In this document: one piece after another, positions 19,077 through 28,464 of the stretch
How positions within the stretch are numbered: position 1 is the stretch's first letter
Layout of the letters: every line of letters starts with the position of its first letter
Source: Candidatus Nanopelagicales bacterium
GTDB taxonomy: Bacteria > Actinomycetota > Actinomycetes > Nanopelagicales > Nanopelagicaceae
Assembly: GCA_030830475.1 (NCBI GenBank)
Contig: JAURMX010000009.1
Coordinates: 5,442 to 69,441, forward strand
Reading direction: 5' to 3'
DNA: 64,000 nucleotides
Notes under the pieces: generated by a model
Told to the model about the DNA's origin: nothing
Database searches by the model: none
The model's input: only the letters and a program-made list of their open reading frames with translations
Program-made: the position numbers and the translations under genes

Positions 19077-19649
19077 ATGGCGCGCGTTTCTAGAAACCAT
19101 TGGCCCCTAAATCTCAATGATGGGGAGCTCACCTTGCGCCCTTTAAGGATTCGGGATCGAAGCTCCTGGTTGACCACAAGAAGAAGAAATCGGGAGTGGC
19201 TCAAGCCATGGGAGGCCACCTCGCCCGTTGCGGAGGAGAACAAAAACCTTCCTACCTATATAGAGATGGTGCAGATTCACAATAAAGAGGGTCGTGCTGG
19301 CAGATCTATCTCACTTGCAATTTGGTTTGATAAAGAGTTAATCGGACAGATAACTCTGGGCGGCATCTCCTACGGCGCTTATCGTGGCGGGCATATTGGT
19401 TATTGGATTGACCAGAAATATGCCAACAAAGGGCTAACAACTAGGTCGGTCCGAGAGTTAACCCGGTATGGAATTGAGGAACTTGGTTTACATAGAATCG
19501 AAATTAATCTAAGACCTGAGAACATCGCTTCAAAAAGGGTTGCAGAAAAATCTGGTTATGTTTTTGAAGGGCTTCGTCCCAGATATCTTCACATTGATGG
19601 TGCTTGGCGGGACCATCTTTGTTATGTAAAAGAAAATCCACGGTTGTAA
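19077..19649 (+). CDS. rimJ: GNAT family N-acetyltransferase (RimJ-like ribosomal-protein-alanine acetyltransferase)
   Basis: 190 aa with GYWIDQKYANKGLTTRSVREL and HRIEINLRPENIASKRVAEKSGY, typical of the RimJ/RimL subfamily. Position after the moeA homologue matches mycobacteria. Confidence 0.85.
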   Translation: MARVSRNHWPLNLNDGELTLRPLRIRDRSSWLTTRRRNREWLKPWEATSPVAEENKNLPTYIEMVQIHNKEGRAGRSISLAIWFDKELIGQITLGGISYGAYRGGHIGYWIDQKYANKGLTTRSVRELTRYGIEELGLHRIEINLRPENIASKRVAEKSGYVFEGLRPRYLHIDGAWRDHLCYVKENPRL

Positions 19650-19725
19650 ACAACTGAAAATTTCCTGCCGGAATTAGGGGGGAAATACCCTAAAAGTCCG
19701 AATCCTGCCTTTAGGGTTATCACTC

Positions 19726-20520
19726 GTGGGATCAGGGTTTATTTACTTAATCATCGTAGGCATGTGGATTGCTTACTTCCTGCCCCGGTGGATCTCTAGC
19801 CATGAAGAGGTTTCTGGCCGAACCGTAGAAAAATTTGAAAAAACTATGAAGGTAGTTGGTGTTACCTCGGGTAATGCCGTACCAGATTATGAAGCTTTGG
19901 TCGCAAAACGAGAACAACAGATTGCTAATCGCAGAATTACCTTTGCTGGAATTAGTGGCCTAACCGTTTTGATAACTGCCTTTGCATTGATTGGGTTAGT
20001 TTCTTTATCAGCTATTGCACTTCCGGTCTCAGTTTTTGTTCTTTATGTGGTTCATGCTAGACATCAGATTTTTACCATGCAGGAGGAGCTAAATCGCGCA
20101 CAGCTAATCCAACAAAATAATTCCAAGTCTTCCACTGGAAAATATTCAGAGTTAATCGCTCGAGCTAAGAGAGTTCAGACAACCCTTAATATCTCTGAAG
20201 AACAGTGGACGCCTTTGTCAGAGCGAGTAGCTAGCTACTCTCAAGAGGTACAAAGCATTGTGATCTTGCCAAAGGGCAGCGCAGAGAAATCCCGCGAAAC
20301 ATGGGAGCCAACTGCGGTACCTACACCAAGTTATGTAAATGCTCCAAAGGCTGCGCCACAACGACGCACCATTGATTTAACTGTGCCTGGTGCCTGGAGT
20401 GAAGCTCAGGAGCGTGCCATGCGAGATGCGATGGCTCCTAAATCAGATCAAATATTTGATCAAGAACAAGCAGATGCGATGGAAGAACATCTGCGGCAAT
20501 ACCGGGCTGCTGGTCAGTAA
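19726..20520 (+). CDS. Conserved-position membrane protein (3 predicted TM helices; GlpR/Rv0996 position)
   Basis: TM1 at FIYLIIVGMWIAYFL and a TM hairpin at residues ~74-110, followed by a hydrophilic tail. The call rests on synteny; no sequence family was recognised by eye. Confidence 0.6.
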   Translation: MGSGFIYLIIVGMWIAYFLPRWISSHEEVSGRTVEKFEKTMKVVGVTSGNAVPDYEALVAKREQQIANRRITFAGISGLTVLITAFALIGLVSLSAIALPVSVFVLYVVHARHQIFTMQEELNRAQLIQQNNSKSSTGKYSELIARAKRVQTTLNISEEQWTPLSERVASYSQEVQSIVILPKGSAEKSRETWEPTAVPTPSYVNAPKAAPQRRTIDLTVPGAWSEAQERAMRDAMAPKSDQIFDQEQADAMEEHLRQYRAAGQ

Positions 20521-21756
20521 TTAGATCCAGCTACTAAACCACATCCGCGCATACCAATCTGAGTAATCAATTATCTGCCCCACAAAAATCGGGTAAAAGT
20601 AGGCAAAACACAGCGCTACTAGAGCAACCCCAGCCAATGCGTACTGCTGGCGAACTTTTCTGGTCACTTCATTTTCTAAGAACTTACTCAATACAAATAC
20701 GATACAAAGAATTAGAAATGGCTGGAAGGCAATGGCGTAGAAGAAAAAGGTAGTGCGCTCAGGGAAGGCCAACCACGGTAGATAACTGGATAGTAGAAAG
20801 AGAAGTATCAAACCATTGCTCTTCTCTCTTCGATATATGAAGTAGCCGATTGCAACAAAGATTGCTATTAATCCGGCCCACCAAAGTATAGGAGTTCCAA
20901 TTGCCAGAACTTCCTGCGAACAACTTTCGACGCCACAACTTTTGGGATCATCGTAGAAAAACGAGGTAGGCCTGCCAAGAATCAACCAGTTCCATGCACT
21001 TGCTTGATAGGAGTGATCAGTTGTTAAGCCGGTGTGAAAGTTCAAGATCTCTCTGTGGTAATTAATTAAAGATGCCAGAGGATTGCTTTTGGAGTTACGA
21101 CTCCATCCATCAGAGCTTAAGAACCAGCCGAACCAACTAGATATGTAGACCGCCAAAGGCAGCAAGCCAAATTGAATTGGTGATAATAGATAACGACGCT
21201 GTGCAATAAGTAAATAGATGCCGACAGCTGCGAGGACATAAACCGCACTCCACTTTGTGCCGAGCGCGAGACCAAATACAAGACCAGCCCACCACAGCTT
21301 CTCCTTGATCAAAAGGTAGAAGGCAAGCAGAATAAAAAATGATAAGAAAATATCCAGCAAAGCGGTGCGCGACATAACTAGATGCAATCCATCCAGGGCC
21401 ATCAGAGCTGCTGCGACCAAGCTAACAAACTCTGATCTAAAAAGTTGTTTAGCTATCAGATAAGCCAGCAGTATTGATGCGGTTCCAAACAGGGCTGCTG
21501 AGAACCGCCAACCAAATGGATTGTCACCAAACACCTTTATTCCAAGGGCTATTAACCACTTGCCTACAGGTGGATGGACAATGAACTCCGCAGCACCATT
21601 ATCGAGTTCGACTCCGTGGGCCAGATAATCCCTTGCCCCATCAACATAATAAACCTCATCAAAAACCAACTCCGCGGGCCGGCCCAGATTTATAAATCTA
21701 GTTAAGGCGCTAAATAGCAATATAGAAAGTAGCGCGAGGAAATGGGGCCGCTTCAT
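20521..21756 (-). CDS. pmt: Dolichyl-phosphate-mannose-protein mannosyltransferase family (PMT / phospholipid-carrier-dependent glycosyltransferase)
   Basis: Polytopic. The N-terminal loop LVFDEVYYVDGARDYL carries the PMT DE motif. It is divergent from rsmI, as in mycobacteria. Start moved to MKRPHFLALL. Confidence 0.85.
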   Translation of the reverse strand: MKRPHFLALLSILLFSALTRFINLGRPAELVFDEVYYVDGARDYLAHGVELDNGAAEFIVHPPVGKWLIALGIKVFGDNPFGWRFSAALFGTASILLAYLIAKQLFRSEFVSLVAAALMALDGLHLVMSRTALLDIFLSFFILLAFYLLIKEKLWWAGLVFGLALGTKWSAVYVLAAVGIYLLIAQRRYLLSPIQFGLLPLAVYISSWFGWFLSSDGWSRNSKSNPLASLINYHREILNFHTGLTTDHSYQASAWNWLILGRPTSFFYDDPKSCGVESCSQEVLAIGTPILWWAGLIAIFVAIGYFIYRREKSNGLILLFLLSSYLPWLAFPERTTFFFYAIAFQPFLILCIVFVLSKFLENEVTRKVRQQYALAGVALVALCFAYFYPIFVGQIIDYSDWYARMWFSSWI

Positions 21757-21802
21757 CAGGCACAAGGATACTCATCACCAAAAACACCTCCATAATGGTG
21801 GT

Positions 21803-22636
21803 GTGAGCGAGTTGGTTTTGGCTGCCGTGCCGCTAGGAAATATCGGAGATGCCTCTGAGCGTCTAAGACTGGCAATTACAACATCAGATTTAGTCGCAGC
21901 TGAAGACTCCCGTCGCTTTCTGCGACTTTGTAAGGATTTAGATTTGAATTGCTCAGCTCAGATAGTCTCTTTTTTTGAGGGGAATGAAAGTGAGCGATTA
22001 GAGGAGATTTCAACTGCTCTTCGCAACGGTAAAAAAGTTTTGTTAGTAACTGATGCCGGCATGCCATCTGTTAGTGATCCAGGATTCCGAGCCGCCCGAA
22101 TGGCTATAGATAACAACTTTAAGTTAACGGTAATCCCAGGGCCAAGTGCGGTACTAGCAGCCTTGGCATTGTCGGGATTGCCAACCGATAGTTTTGCTTT
22201 TGACGGATTCCCTCCTCGCACCAGTGGTGCAAGACAGGAATGGTTTGCACATCGCGCAAATGAAACTCGTACCTTGGTTTTGTTTGAAGCACCACATCGC
22301 ATCACTGAAACGATTGCGGCAATCAAAGAGGAGTTCGGCGCTAATCGACAGATGGCAATATGTAGAGAAATTACTAAGACTTATGAGGAGACAGTTAGAG
22401 GAACGGCGCAGGAACTTCATGAGTGGAGTCTTAGTAAAGAGATGTTGGGTGAGATCACTATTGTTATTGCAGGATATGTCCCAGATGCAGCAGAGAAATC
22501 TGATTCTGAAATCGCTGATTTAGTTAAACATTATGAAGCCTCTGGAATTACCCGAAAGGAAGCGATTTCGATAGTGGCCAAAGAGCTACACCTACCCAAG
22601 CGCAAAGTCTTTGACATCATGGTGCTAGATAAATAG
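21803..22636 (+). CDS. rsmI: 16S rRNA (cytidine1402-2'-O)-methyltransferase
   Basis: LVLAAVPLGNIGDAS...LVAAEDSRR and GMPSVSDPG are typical tetrapyrrole-methylase-fold RsmI motifs. Confidence 0.92.
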   Translation: MSELVLAAVPLGNIGDASERLRLAITTSDLVAAEDSRRFLRLCKDLDLNCSAQIVSFFEGNESERLEEISTALRNGKKVLLVTDAGMPSVSDPGFRAARMAIDNNFKLTVIPGPSAVLAALALSGLPTDSFAFDGFPPRTSGARQEWFAHRANETRTLVLFEAPHRITETIAAIKEEFGANRQMAICREITKTYEETVRGTAQELHEWSLSKEMLGEITIVIAGYVPDAAEKSDSEIADLVKHYEASGITRKEAISIVAKELHLPKRKVFDIMVLDK

Positions 22637-22650
22637 ATAGACTGCGCACC

Positions 22651-24210
22651 ATGTCCGGCAAATCCTTCTACCTGACCACGCCTATTTACTATGTAAATGA
22701 TGCGCCCCATATTGGTCATGCCTATACGACAGTAGCCGGAGATTTGTTAACTCGCTGGCACCGCCAAAAAGGTGAATCAGTTTGGTTTTTAACCGGCACT
22801 GACGAACATGGCCAAAAGGTCATGCGCACCGCAGAGGCCAACAACACACCGCCACAGCAATGGTGTGACAGATTAGTTGAAGAGGCTTGGAAACCGGTTT
22901 GGAAACATCTCGAGATTGCCAACGATGACTTTATTCGCACGACAGAGCCACGTCACATGGAGCGGGTGCAAAAGTTTTTGCAAGGTTTGATGGAAAAAGG
23001 TTTTATTTACGAAGGTAAATATGAAGGTCCTTACTGCGTGGGTTGCGAAGAGTTCAAACTTCCTAATGATCTCGATGAAGGAAAGTGCAAGATTCACTCC
23101 AAGCCTGTCGAGATGCTTAGCGAAACCAACTGGTTTTTTAAACTCTCTGCATTTGTTCAACCATTGCTCGAGCATTACCAGAAAAACCCTGAAGCCTGCG
23201 AACCTGCGAGTGCTAGAAATGAAGTGATTTCATTTCTAGAAGGTGGTGTATCGGATCTATCAATCTCTCGATCCACATTTAACTGGGGAATCCCAGTACC
23301 TTGGGATACCAAGCAAGTGGTTTATGTTTGGTTTGATGCGTTATTAAATTACGCGACCGCAGTGGGTTTAACAGATCCGGCAGATTCTGAGGGCGGCAAG
23401 TTCTTTTCCAAGACTTGGCCAGCCGATGTTCATCTAGTCGGAAAAGATATTTTGCGCTTTCACGCTGTGATTTGGCCGGCAATGTTGATGGCTGCCGAGC
23501 TCCCAGTTCCAAAGAAGGTTTTTGCGCATGGCTGGTTGTTGGTCGGTGGCGAAAAAATGAGTAAGAGTAAATTAACTGGCATTGCACCATCTGATATCAC
23601 CAAACATTTTGGTGTCGATGCATTCCGTTATTACTTTATGCGCGCTATTCCTTTTGGCAGTGATGGCTCTTTCTCTTGGGAGGATATGGCGGCTCGCTAC
23701 ACCTCAGAGCTAGCCAATGACTTTGGAAATCTAGCCTCCCGCTTAGCGGCCATGGTGGAAAAGTATTGTTCTGGAACCTTGCCGGCAGTTGCTAAAGACA
23801 ATGAACTTGCTGCTGCATTAGACAAAACTGTTCAAGCAGCTGATCAAGCCATCTGTGCTTTGGATTTCCAAGGTGGAATAAATCAGATTATGGAGTTCTG
23901 CAAACAGGTCAATGGTTATGTCACCACTAAAGAGCCGTGGGCCGTTGCAAAAGATGAAGCACGCAAAGCTGAGCTAGATGAAATTCTTTACAACACCGCG
24001 GAGGCGCTTCGAGCCTTAGCGGTTTTGTTACATCCAATAATGCCGATTTCAACCCAAAAGCTTTGGGATTCTCTAGGTGCCGCAGAGAGTTTGGGAGTGA
24101 TCGAAGCACAGAAAATCTCCGATGTTGCCAAGTGGGGACAGCTACCAGCAGGAGCCAAGATCACAAAGGGCGAGATCCTCTTTCCTCGTCTGGCAGAGCT
24201 AGAGAGTTAA
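22651..24210 (+). CDS. metG: Methionine-tRNA ligase
   Basis: HIGH-type motif APHIGHAY, KMSKS present (GEKMSKSK), zinc knuckle CVGCEEF...C. 519 aa. Confidence 0.95.
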   Translation: MSGKSFYLTTPIYYVNDAPHIGHAYTTVAGDLLTRWHRQKGESVWFLTGTDEHGQKVMRTAEANNTPPQQWCDRLVEEAWKPVWKHLEIANDDFIRTTEPRHMERVQKFLQGLMEKGFIYEGKYEGPYCVGCEEFKLPNDLDEGKCKIHSKPVEMLSETNWFFKLSAFVQPLLEHYQKNPEACEPASARNEVISFLEGGVSDLSISRSTFNWGIPVPWDTKQVVYVWFDALLNYATAVGLTDPADSEGGKFFSKTWPADVHLVGKDILRFHAVIWPAMLMAAELPVPKKVFAHGWLLVGGEKMSKSKLTGIAPSDITKHFGVDAFRYYFMRAIPFGSDGSFSWEDMAARYTSELANDFGNLASRLAAMVEKYCSGTLPAVAKDNELAAALDKTVQAADQAICALDFQGGINQIMEFCKQVNGYVTTKEPWAVAKDEARKAELDEILYNTAEALRALAVLLHPIMPISTQKLWDSLGAAESLGVIEAQKISDVAKWGQLPAGAKITKGEILFPRLAELES

Positions 24211-24219
24211 TTAATTTAA

Positions 24220-25080
24220 ATGGCTGATCGTCACAATCGAGATTTAGATAGACAGCCCGCTCCACTTCCCGAACCACTTCCCGTCAAATGTGTTGACTCA
24301 CATGCCCATTTAGAGATTGTCACAAACACCGAACCGGACCACCCAGAAATTAAAAGAGTTTTAGAAGAAGCCGCATCAGTCGGTATTGATCGAATTGTTC
24401 AGGTTGGTTATTCAGCTGAACAATCTGAGTGGTGTGTGCGATTAGCTGAGATTTGGAATAACCAGGTTTTGGCTGCGGTTGCACTGCATCCCAATGAAGC
24501 ACCAGTTGTTGAGGATTTAGAAAAGGATCTAGCGATTATTGATCGACTAGCTTCACACCCGAGAGTCAGAGCAATTGGTGAGACGGGATTAGATTTCTTT
24601 CGCACTGAGCTCGAGCTACAGGACAAGCAGCGGTACTCATTCAAAAGACATATCGAAATGGCCAAGCGACATAACAAAGCTCTTGTGATTCATGATCGTG
24701 ATGCACATCGCGCAGTCCTAGATACTTTGGATGAGGTCGGTGCGCCAAATCAAACCGTGTTTCATTGCTTCTCGGGTGACGCTGATATGGCGCGGGAATG
24801 CATTGATAAGGGGTACTTACTCTCTTTCGCTGGCACCGTAACCTTCAAAAATGCTCCCCAGTTGCGGGAGGCGGTAAAGCTGGTGCCAGTAAATCAATTG
24901 CTAGTAGAGACCGATTCACCATTTCTAGCTCCCACTCCACATCGTGGTGCTCTAAATACCCCGGCCCAAATACCCAATATTTTGCGTTTTATCGCAGCAG
25001 AGCGGAATGAACCTCTAACTGATTTAGCTAATGCAATTAGCGCCAATGCCGAACGAATCTTTGGATCCTTTAAATCATGA
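24220..25080 (+). CDS. tatD: TatD family metal-dependent hydrolase (DNase)
   Basis: VDSHAHL, IGETGLDF, VIHDRDAH, ETDSPFLAP motifs. Confidence 0.9.
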   Translation: MADRHNRDLDRQPAPLPEPLPVKCVDSHAHLEIVTNTEPDHPEIKRVLEEAASVGIDRIVQVGYSAEQSEWCVRLAEIWNNQVLAAVALHPNEAPVVEDLEKDLAIIDRLASHPRVRAIGETGLDFFRTELELQDKQRYSFKRHIEMAKRHNKALVIHDRDAHRAVLDTLDEVGAPNQTVFHCFSGDADMARECIDKGYLLSFAGTVTFKNAPQLREAVKLVPVNQLLVETDSPFLAPTPHRGALNTPAQIPNILRFIAAERNEPLTDLANAISANAERIFGSFKS

Positions 25081-25922
25081 GTATTTCTCTTTTGGGTGCA
25101 GCTGAGATCCGCTCCCTCGCTGAGCAGTTGGAGGTACATCCAGCAAAATCACTGGGACAAAACTTTGTTATCGATGCCAATACCTGTCAGAAAATTGTGC
25201 GCTTAGCTGTAATTAGTCAAGGTGATCATGTTGTTGAAATTGGCCCAGGTTTAGGTTCTCTAACTTTGGCACTCTTGCAAGCGACTAATAAAGTTACCGC
25301 GATTGAAATTGATGAAAGATTGGCCAAGCAACTTCCCATTACTGCAAAAGAACATGGCGTTGCCAATGGCAATCTGCAGATAATGAACCAAGATGCATTG
25401 CAGGTTTTTGATATTCCAGGAAACCCCACAAAGCTAGTAGCAAATTTGCCCTATAACATTTCAGTTCCAGTGCTCCTCAATTTTCTCGAGCGTTTCCCCT
25501 CAATAACCTCAGGGGTCGTTATGGTGCAAACAGAGGTAGCTGAGCGTTTGGCGGCAAAACCTGGCAGCAAAACTTATGGCGTGCCAAGCGCTAAGGCAGC
25601 CTGGTGGAGCGACATGATTCTGGCTGATTCAGTGTCACGTTCGGTTTTCTGGCCAGTTCCTAATGTCGATTCCTCGCTAGTGAAGTTTGTAAGACATGAA
25701 CCGCTAGGGGATGAGAGCTTGCGCCGGCGCACCTTTGAGTTGATAGATCGCGCATTTGGACAGCGCCGCAAAATGTTGCGGGCGATTTATGCTGATATTT
25801 ATGGCGGTTCCGCAGCAGCGGAGACCGCGTTGTTATCGGCAGGGGTGGAGCCCACAACTCGAGGCGAATCCCTTTCAATAGAGAAATTTGCCGCTATCGC
25901 CAAGCAATTAGATAGGCGTTAA
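25077..25922 (+). CDS. rsmA: 16S rRNA (adenine1518/1519-N6)-dimethyltransferase
   Basis: LGQNFVID, EIGPGLGSLT, NLPYNIS motifs. ATGA overlap with tatD. Confidence 0.93.
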   Translation: MSISLLGAAEIRSLAEQLEVHPAKSLGQNFVIDANTCQKIVRLAVISQGDHVVEIGPGLGSLTLALLQATNKVTAIEIDERLAKQLPITAKEHGVANGNLQIMNQDALQVFDIPGNPTKLVANLPYNISVPVLLNFLERFPSITSGVVMVQTEVAERLAAKPGSKTYGVPSAKAAWWSDMILADSVSRSVFWPVPNVDSSLVKFVRHEPLGDESLRRRTFELIDRAFGQRRKMLRAIYADIYGGSAAAETALLSAGVEPTTRGESLSIEKFAAIAKQLDRR

Positions 25923-25948
25923 AGAGAACAAAGTAATACGCTCGCCAC

Positions 25949-26863
25949 ATGCCCTCATATGTGGTGACGCGTGCCCCCGGCAAAATCAATCTACAACTGT
26001 CGGTTGGTCCGCTTCAGGCAGATGGTTATCACCCAGTGGCCACAGTCTTTCAAGCAGTTTCACTTTTTGATGATGTTCGTATTTCTTTTTCCGATAAGCC
26101 AGGAATATCTCTAACCGCTACCGGAAAAGTCAGTGAGCTGCTTCCACTTGATAAAAACAATTTAGCTTATAAAGCCGCAGAGTTAATGTGTAAGAAGTTT
26201 GAGATTACTGATGGCTTAGCAGTTACATTAACCAAAGAGATTCCCATTGCTGGCGGTATGGCAGGCGGTAGCGCAGATGCTGGAGCCACAATTGTTGGAA
26301 TTGACTCTTTATTTGGTTTGGGATTGAGTCGAAGTGAGATGGAGAAAATTGGATCCGAGTTAGGTGCTGATATTCCATTTACAATTTCAGGCGGCAATGC
26401 GATTGGAACTGGTCGTGGAGATCAAATTACTCCAGTGTTGTCTCGCGGCAATTACAACTGGGTTTTAGCGCTTTCTAGCTCTGGATTATCAACACCTGCT
26501 GTTTATCAAGAGTGTGATCGATTGCGGGAAGGATTGCAGGTTGCACCACCGCATATCAGCGACTCTTTATTGCAGGCGTTAGGGGCAGGTGATGCGATCG
26601 CATTAGGAAAGGCGTTATCAAATGATCTCCAACCAGCAGCTTGCTCATTAAAGCCAGCGTTACGTTTAGTACTTGATGTTGGAATGGATTACGGAGCTTT
26701 GGGTGGATTGGTGTCTGGCTCTGGACCGACCGTTGCATTCTTGGCAGAGAATGAGGATCACGCACTGGACTTAGTAGTGGCGCTGACCTCAAGTGGCGTT
26801 GTTGGAAATGTGGTTCGGGCCGCAGGTCCAGTCCCAGGCGCCCGGGTGATTGAGAGCGCTTAA
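25949..26863 (+). CDS. ispE: 4-(cytidine 5'-diphospho)-2-C-methyl-D-erythritol kinase
   Basis: APGKINLQL and GHMP-kinase motif IPIAGGMAGGSADAGA. Confidence 0.92.
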   Translation: MPSYVVTRAPGKINLQLSVGPLQADGYHPVATVFQAVSLFDDVRISFSDKPGISLTATGKVSELLPLDKNNLAYKAAELMCKKFEITDGLAVTLTKEIPIAGGMAGGSADAGATIVGIDSLFGLGLSRSEMEKIGSELGADIPFTISGGNAIGTGRGDQITPVLSRGNYNWVLALSSSGLSTPAVYQECDRLREGLQVAPPHISDSLLQALGAGDAIALGKALSNDLQPAACSLKPALRLVLDVGMDYGALGGLVSGSGPTVAFLAENEDHALDLVVALTSSGVVGNVVRAAGPVPGARVIESA

Positions 26864-26915
26864 CCCTGTACCGCCGCGGTTAGTGGCAGCGAGCCTGACC
26901 CAATAGAATTCAGGT

Positions 26916-26990
26916 TCCTCCATTGTGTAGTGGCTAGCACATGGGCCTTTGAAGCCCAGGGTCCAGGATCGATACCTGGTGGAGGAGCCA
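26916..26990 (+). tRNA. tRNA-Gln (anticodon TTG), CCA encoded
   Basis: Acceptor TCCTCCA/TGGAGGA, D arm GTGT-AGTGGCTA-GCAC, anticodon arm TGGGC-CTTTGAA-GCCCA, T arm CCAGG-ATCGATA-CCTGG, discriminator G, then CCA. The T loop starts with A instead of the usual T (see finding). Confidence 0.85.
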
Positions 26991-27015
26991 CTTAACTAGA
27001 CTGCGGCTTACGAGC

Positions 27016-28464
27016 ATGAAAGGCGGGAAGTTGAGCAAACTAGATCTTGCCATCGTTCTCGCGGCTGGCGAGGGCACCCGGATGAAATCTTCCCGGGCCA
27101 AAGTCCTACATGAAATCGCAGGTCGCTCATTACTTGGACATGTCTTACATGCCTTATCGCCACTACAAGCAAATGAGGTTCGGGTAGTTGTTGGAGTTGC
27201 AAAAGATGAGGTAACAAATCATCTGGCTCAGATTTCTCCGAATGCTAAAACGGTTTTCCAAGAGGTACGGGGCGGCACTGGTCACGCCACTAAGTTAGCG
27301 CTCGAAGGTTTTTCCGTAAGCTCTTCCAGAAATGGTGCGGTTTTAGTTTGCGCCGGAGATACACCATTACTAACTGGGCAAACTTTGCTTGATTTACTTG
27401 CTGCACATCAATCCTCTGGTGCCAGCGCCACTGTTTTGACCGCTGAGATGTTAGATCCATCTGGTTACGGTCGCATCATTAGAGATGCCAGCAATAATCT
27501 GGCGCAGATTGTCGAAGAGAAAGATGCTTCACAACAGCAAAAGCAAACCCTTGAGATTAACTCAGGGGTTTATGTTTTTACTGCGCCGGATTTAATCGCG
27601 GCTTTAGGCAAATTGACCGCTCACAATGCGCAAAAAGAAGAGTACTTAACAGATGTGATTGCCATCCTTAAATCTGAAGGCAAATTAGTTTCGGCATTCA
27701 TGACCGCTGATTACACCGAGGTTTTTGGGGTAAATGATCGCGAGCAGTTGGCTACCTGCGGATTCTTGATGAATGCGCGAATCTGTGAAGCCTTGATGAA
27801 AAGCGGCGTCACCATTGTTGATCCAATGAGTACTTGGATTGATGTAACCGCTGAGATTGAGGTTGATGTTCATATCGAACCGGGCACCGCAATCAAAGGC
27901 AGTACCAAGATTGGAAAATCTGCGGTAATTGGTCCACGCGCTAGCTTGATAGATTGTCAGGTCGGCGAAGCAGCAAAGGTATTTGAATCTCATTGCCAAG
28001 AGGCGGTAATTGGTAGTGCGGCACAGGTTGGTCCATATACCCATTTACGCAGTGGAACCGTACTTTCAGATCAGGTGCGGGTCGGTTCCTTTGTTGAAAT
28101 CAAAAATTCAAACTTTGGTGCTGGCTCAAAGGTGCCCCATCTTTCATATGTTGGAGATGCCACTATCGGAAGCGAAACAAATATCGGAGCTGCAACTGTT
28201 TTTGTGAACTATGACGGCGTCGATAAGCACAAAACCGTTATTGGAAATCATGTCCGCATCGGCAGCGACTCAATGCTGGTAGCACCGGTCACGATTGGTG
28301 ATGGTGCCTACACAGCAGCGGGCTCGGTAATTACAGAGGATGTTCCAGCTGGCGCGCTTGGTATCGCCAGGGCAAAGCAAAGCAATATTCTTGGTTGGGT
28401 ATTAAAGAAGCGTAAGGGCACCAAATCCGCAGAGGCAGCAGCCAAAAAAGAAGGGCAGAAATGA
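27016..28464 (+). CDS. glmU: Bifunctional UDP-N-acetylglucosamine pyrophosphorylase / glucosamine-1-phosphate N-acetyltransferase
   Basis: LAAGEGTRMKS nucleotidyltransferase motif and C-terminal left-handed beta-helix hexapeptide repeats. 482 aa. Confidence 0.95.
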   Translation: MKGGKLSKLDLAIVLAAGEGTRMKSSRAKVLHEIAGRSLLGHVLHALSPLQANEVRVVVGVAKDEVTNHLAQISPNAKTVFQEVRGGTGHATKLALEGFSVSSSRNGAVLVCAGDTPLLTGQTLLDLLAAHQSSGASATVLTAEMLDPSGYGRIIRDASNNLAQIVEEKDASQQQKQTLEINSGVYVFTAPDLIAALGKLTAHNAQKEEYLTDVIAILKSEGKLVSAFMTADYTEVFGVNDREQLATCGFLMNARICEALMKSGVTIVDPMSTWIDVTAEIEVDVHIEPGTAIKGSTKIGKSAVIGPRASLIDCQVGEAAKVFESHCQEAVIGSAAQVGPYTHLRSGTVLSDQVRVGSFVEIKNSNFGAGSKVPHLSYVGDATIGSETNIGAATVFVNYDGVDKHKTVIGNHVRIGSDSMLVAPVTIGDGAYTAAGSVITEDVPAGALGIARAKQSNILGWVLKKRKGTKSAEAAAKKEGQK

